Shown: positions 61,125 through 64,000 of the stretch, piece after piece
Position numbering within the stretch: position 1 is the stretch's first letter
Layout of the letters: each line of letters opens with the position of its first letter
Source: an uncultured Polyangiaceae bacterium
GTDB taxonomy: Bacteria > Myxococcota_A > Polyangia > Polyangiales > Polyangiaceae
Length of the DNA: 64,000 nt
Assembly: GCA_964506835.1 (NCBI GenBank)
Contig: CAZDNG010000020.1
Location: forward strand, 14,847 to 78,846
Direction: 5' to 3'
Program-made: the position numbers and the translations under genes
Notes under the pieces: generated by a model
Databases searched by the model: none
What the model was told of the DNA's origin: nothing
Seen by the model: the letters and a program-made list of their open reading frames with translations, nothing else

Positions 61125-62348
61125 TTACCGAGTGTCGATCGTGGCGTCGGCGCTCATGCCCGGCCGAAGCACGATCCCGGCGGGAACGTCGCGAACCCGA
61201 ATTCGAACCGGCACGCGCTGCACGATCTTCGTGTAGTTGCCGGTCGCGTTGTCGGGCGGCAAGAGCGAGAACTTCGCGCCGGTCGCGCCGGAAATGCTCT
61301 CGACGTCGCCTTGGAGCTCGACGCCCGAGTACGCGTCGACCGTGAAGTGCGCCGGCTGCCCGACGCGCATCTTGCCGAGCTGCGTCTCCTTGAAGTTCGC
61401 CGTGACCCAGACGTGGGGCGTCACGAGCTGCACGATGGATTGGCCGGCGCCGACGATCTGCCCTTCGTTGATCGTGCGCTTCGAGAGGACGCCGTCCTTG
61501 GGCGCGAGGATCCGCGTGTACGACAGATCGATCGCGGCGAGGTCGCGGGCGGCGCGATCCTCCTCGACCGTCGCGTGCGCCGCTTGCGCCTTGGCCTGGG
61601 CCTGGCGAACGACGGGCTCGACGTTCTCGGATTGCTTCGCTTTCGCCGAAGCTTCCACGACGCGGCTCTTGGCCTGGGTGGCCGAGTCGCGGACGCTCGC
61701 GGCGTGGGCGCGCGCAGCGTCCACGTTCGACTCCGCGAGCGCGAACGCCGTGTCGGACTTGTCGAACTCGGCCTTCGAGATCGACGCGCTGGCAAACAAC
61801 GAGGTCGCTCGATCATGGTCGAGCTTGGCCTGCGCGAGGCTCGCCTGCGCGGAACGCACCTCGGCGTCGGCTTCGTTGATCTGCGCCGCGTACGTTCGCG
61901 CGCCGACCGCGGCCGTTTGAAGACCGGCTTCGGTGATCCGCTTGTCGCCCACCGCGTCGGTCTCGGCGACCTGAACGTCGGCGTCGGCCGCCGCAGCGGA
62001 CGCTTCCGCCGACGCGAGCGTGGCCTCGGCCTGCGCCATCCGCGCTTTGGCCGGAGTGGGGTCGAGCTCGGCGAGGAGATCGCCGGCCTTGACCTGCTGG
62101 TTGTCGACGAAATGAATCGCCAGGATGGTCCCGGTCGCCAGCGACGGAACCGCAATCACGTCCCCATCCGTCTGCGCGTCGTCCGTGCTTTCGAGCCCCC
62201 GATGCGTGACGTACCAGCCGAACCCCACCGTCGCCGCAGCGACCGCGGCCGCTCCAAGCACCAAATTTCTTCGGGACTTAGCTTTCTCTTGGGGGGCAAC
62301 CTCCGGGGTTGCAGTTCGTTCGAGTGCAGGTTCTGCAGCGCTGGTCAT
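61125..62348 (-). CDS. emrA: HlyD-family membrane fusion protein (EmrA type)
   Basis: ATG at 62348. TM anchor, lipoyl-like hairpin halves (VPSLATGTILAIHFVDNQQVKAGDLLAELD ... ILAPKDGVLSKRTINEGQIV), a long Ala-rich coiled coil and a beta-barrel tail. It ends 12 nt upstream of the emrB start (intergenic 61113-61124). Confidence 0.8.
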   Translation of the reverse strand: MTSAAEPALERTATPEVAPQEKAKSRRNLVLGAAAVAAATVGFGWYVTHRGLESTDDAQTDGDVIAVPSLATGTILAIHFVDNQQVKAGDLLAELDPTPAKARMAQAEATLASAEASAAAADADVQVAETDAVGDKRITEAGLQTAAVGARTYAAQINEADAEVRSAQASLAQAKLDHDRATSLFASASISKAEFDKSDTAFALAESNVDAARAHAASVRDSATQAKSRVVEASAKAKQSENVEPVVRQAQAKAQAAHATVEEDRAARDLAAIDLSYTRILAPKDGVLSKRTINEGQIVGAGQSIVQLVTPHVWVTANFKETQLGKMRVGQPAHFTVDAYSGVELQGDVESISGATGAKFSLLPPDNATGNYTKIVQRVPVRIRVRDVPAGIVLRPGMSADATIDTR

Positions 62349-62410
62349 CACGGCTCCTGAATGCGACGCGTCGTCGCGAGACGCGCTCAGTATTGGCTCA
62401 CGGACTTGTA

Positions 62411-62431
62411 ATGGCAACTGCTCGTTGCCAT
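62411..62431. promoter_or_regulatory. inverted repeat in the divergent emrA/TetR intergenic region (candidate operator)
   Basis: ATGGCAAC-tgctc-GTTGCCAT (8-bp perfect arms), between 62348 and 62489. Confidence 0.4.
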
Positions 62432-62488
62432 AATCGACCAGGGGCTGGACGAACTTAAGCCGTTCCGTTCGGGCTTCACCGATTGCCA

Positions 62489-63184
62489 ATGACCACTCCC
62501 GAGAGCTCCCGAGAAACTCGCCGAACGGAAGGACGCCGCGTCCACGGGCGAAGTGCTCGGATCGTTTCGCGAGTTCTCACGACGACGGCCGAAGAGCTCG
62601 GGCGAATCGGTTACGCAGCGTTGCGAGTCGAAGACGTCGCGGCGCTTTCCGGCGTCAACAAGACGACGATTTACCGACGTTGGCCTACAAAGGTCGATCT
62701 GATCGTCGCCGCCATCGAAGAGTTCTCGCGGCCGCCCGACGTGCCGGAGAGCAGTTCGCTACGCGAGGACTTGCTCTGGCTCCTGCATGGCCTGGTCGCG
62801 CGCTCCACCTCGCCGATCGGGCGAGGCGTCATCCGCATGATCCAGCTCGAGCGCTCGCACCCCGACGTCGATCTCGTCGTGCAGCGCATGGGCACCGAAC
62901 ACCTCCGCGTCCGCCGCGAGGTCATCGAACGGGCCATTTCGCGCGGCGAATTGCCCGAGGGCACCAACGTCGACCTCATCGTGGAGCTGATTTTCTCGCC
63001 GGTCGCCAAGCGCATCCTCATTGCCGGCCAAACGACGCCGCCGGAATTCATGGAAGCCGCCGTCGACGTGGTGCTCGCGGGTGCGAAGAGCGGAGCCGCC
63101 GTATGGCCCCCGAAATCCCGGGTAGAGCTCGTGCGCGACCCCCTCCCCGCCGTTCGCGCCCGCAATCGACGCCTCGCCCGCTAA
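62489..63184 (+). CDS. TetR/AcrR-family transcriptional regulator (divergent from the efflux pump)
   Basis: HTH ALRVEDVAALSGVNKTTIYRRWPTKVDL. ATG at 62489 (a TTG at 62483 is also in frame). Confidence 0.85.
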   Translation: MTTPESSRETRRTEGRRVHGRSARIVSRVLTTTAEELGRIGYAALRVEDVAALSGVNKTTIYRRWPTKVDLIVAAIEEFSRPPDVPESSSLREDLLWLLHGLVARSTSPIGRGVIRMIQLERSHPDVDLVVQRMGTEHLRVRREVIERAISRGELPEGTNVDLIVELIFSPVAKRILIAGQTTPPEFMEAAVDVVLAGAKSGAAVWPPKSRVELVRDPLPAVRARNRRLAR

Positions 63185-63197
63185 AGGGCCTCGCGAC

Positions 63198-63887
63198 TCA
63201 AGCCATGTCGAAGAGCAGCACTTCGCTCGTCGCGCCGCCGCCGATCTGAACGCTCCCGTCGAGGCTTGCGCCGTCGCCGGCTTCGAGCCGCTGCCCGTTC
63301 ACGTCGAGAGCGCCACGCACGACCTGCACGTACCCGTGTCGCCCGGTCCCGAGCTCGTGCCGCGCGCTTTGCCCTTCGCCGAAACACCCGGCGTACAGGG
63401 CGACGTCCTGGTGCAACGTCACCGAACCGTCGCGTCCGTCGCGCGACGCGACGAGTCGCAATTTCCCGTCCTTGTCTTCCTTCGTGAACGCCTTTTGCTC
63501 GTAGCTCGGCGTGTGTCCGGCCCGATCGGGCAGGATCCAGATCTGCAGGAAATGCACGGAATTCGCCTTCGACGGGTTGTATTCGCTGTGCCTGACGCCG
63601 GTGCCCGCCGACATGCGCTGCACGTCTCCGGGCCGGATGATCGACCCGGTTCCGAGGCTGTCCTTGTGCTCGAGCTCGCCCTCGATGACGTACGAGACGA
63701 TCTCCATATCGCGATGCGCGTGGGTGCCGAATCCGTTGCCCGGGCTCACGCGATCTTCGTTGATCACGCGGAGGGCGCGGTAACCCATGTGCTTCGGGTC
63801 GTAGTAATCCGCGAAGGAGAAGGTGTGAAAGGTCTTCAGCCATCCGTGATCGGCGAAACCGCGATCCTTGGCCCGTCGAATGTCCAT
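63198..63887 (-). CDS. pirin-family bicupin protein (YhhW/YhaK-like)
   Basis: RGFADHGWLKTFHTFSFADYYDP, GFGTHAHRDMEIVSYVIEGELEHKDS, MSAGTGVRHSEYN. Confidence 0.85.
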   Translation of the reverse strand: MDIRRAKDRGFADHGWLKTFHTFSFADYYDPKHMGYRALRVINEDRVSPGNGFGTHAHRDMEIVSYVIEGELEHKDSLGTGSIIRPGDVQRMSAGTGVRHSEYNPSKANSVHFLQIWILPDRAGHTPSYEQKAFTKEDKDGKLRLVASRDGRDGSVTLHQDVALYAGCFGEGQSARHELGTGRHGYVQVVRGALDVNGQRLEAGDGASLDGSVQIGGGATSEVLLFDMA

Positions 63888-64000
63888 CGGCCGAACATAA
63901 GGCTTCTCGTGTCGAATGCCACGGGTCCTCTGTTGCGGCTCGCCGCCCCGCGCCGGCTGGAGCTAAGTCGGACCCGTCATCGGGAGCACACCGGTTCGTC

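Noticed and set aside
63888-64000. Possible start of another gene at the right window edge.
   Set aside because: Only 113 nt are available, and no ORF or motif can be supported.

Overview
This is a high-GC bacterial chromosome segment. Spot counts of 60-nt lines gave 62-77% GC in ordinary regions. The gene content looks myxobacterial (Polyangia-like), which is an inference from MopE-type Cys-rich repeats, lipoproteins with Gly-rich linkers, an ECF sigma/FecR pair, a sigma-54 activator, a Hanks-type kinase and a giant PA14 protein. I call about 50 protein genes, three pseudogenes or gene remnants, one tRNA-Asn(GTT), a few hairpin terminators and four palindromic operator candidates. No rRNA, CRISPR array or intact mobile element is visible. 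Many long ORF-track entries are GC-driven shadow ORFs or upstream in-frame extensions of real genes. I trimmed starts where a 4-nt NTGA stop/start overlap or a signal peptide supported an internal start. The strongest candidates for something undescribed are listed below.
1. A seven-gene, stop/start-overlapped minus-strand operon (15026-23954). It combines a Gfo/Idh/MocA dehydrogenase, a CDP-alcohol phosphatidyltransferase, GtrA, a class III aminotransferase, an AUR1/PAP2_C-like phosphotransferase, an MMPL transporter and a Wzx-like flippase. I read it as a pathway for an amine-modified phospholipid or sphingolipid head group.
2. A tRNA-Asn followed by two tandem 104/111-nt units, each restarting with the tRNA 3' end. 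These sit next to a decayed low-GC islet carrying frameshifted methyltransferase and mazF-like genes.
3. An operon of outer-membrane protein, ECF sigma, FecR/TPR anti-sigma, vWA protein and Cys-repeat protein (6829-13103).
4. A 1683-aa lipoprotein with four PA14 modules and a CXXCH motif.
5. Coupled beta-propeller lipoprotein and beta-barrel genes (27574-32110).
6. A sigma-54 activator reduced to its AAA+ core, abutting a truncated GFA-domain gene.
All functional calls rest on motifs read by eye. No database search was possible.
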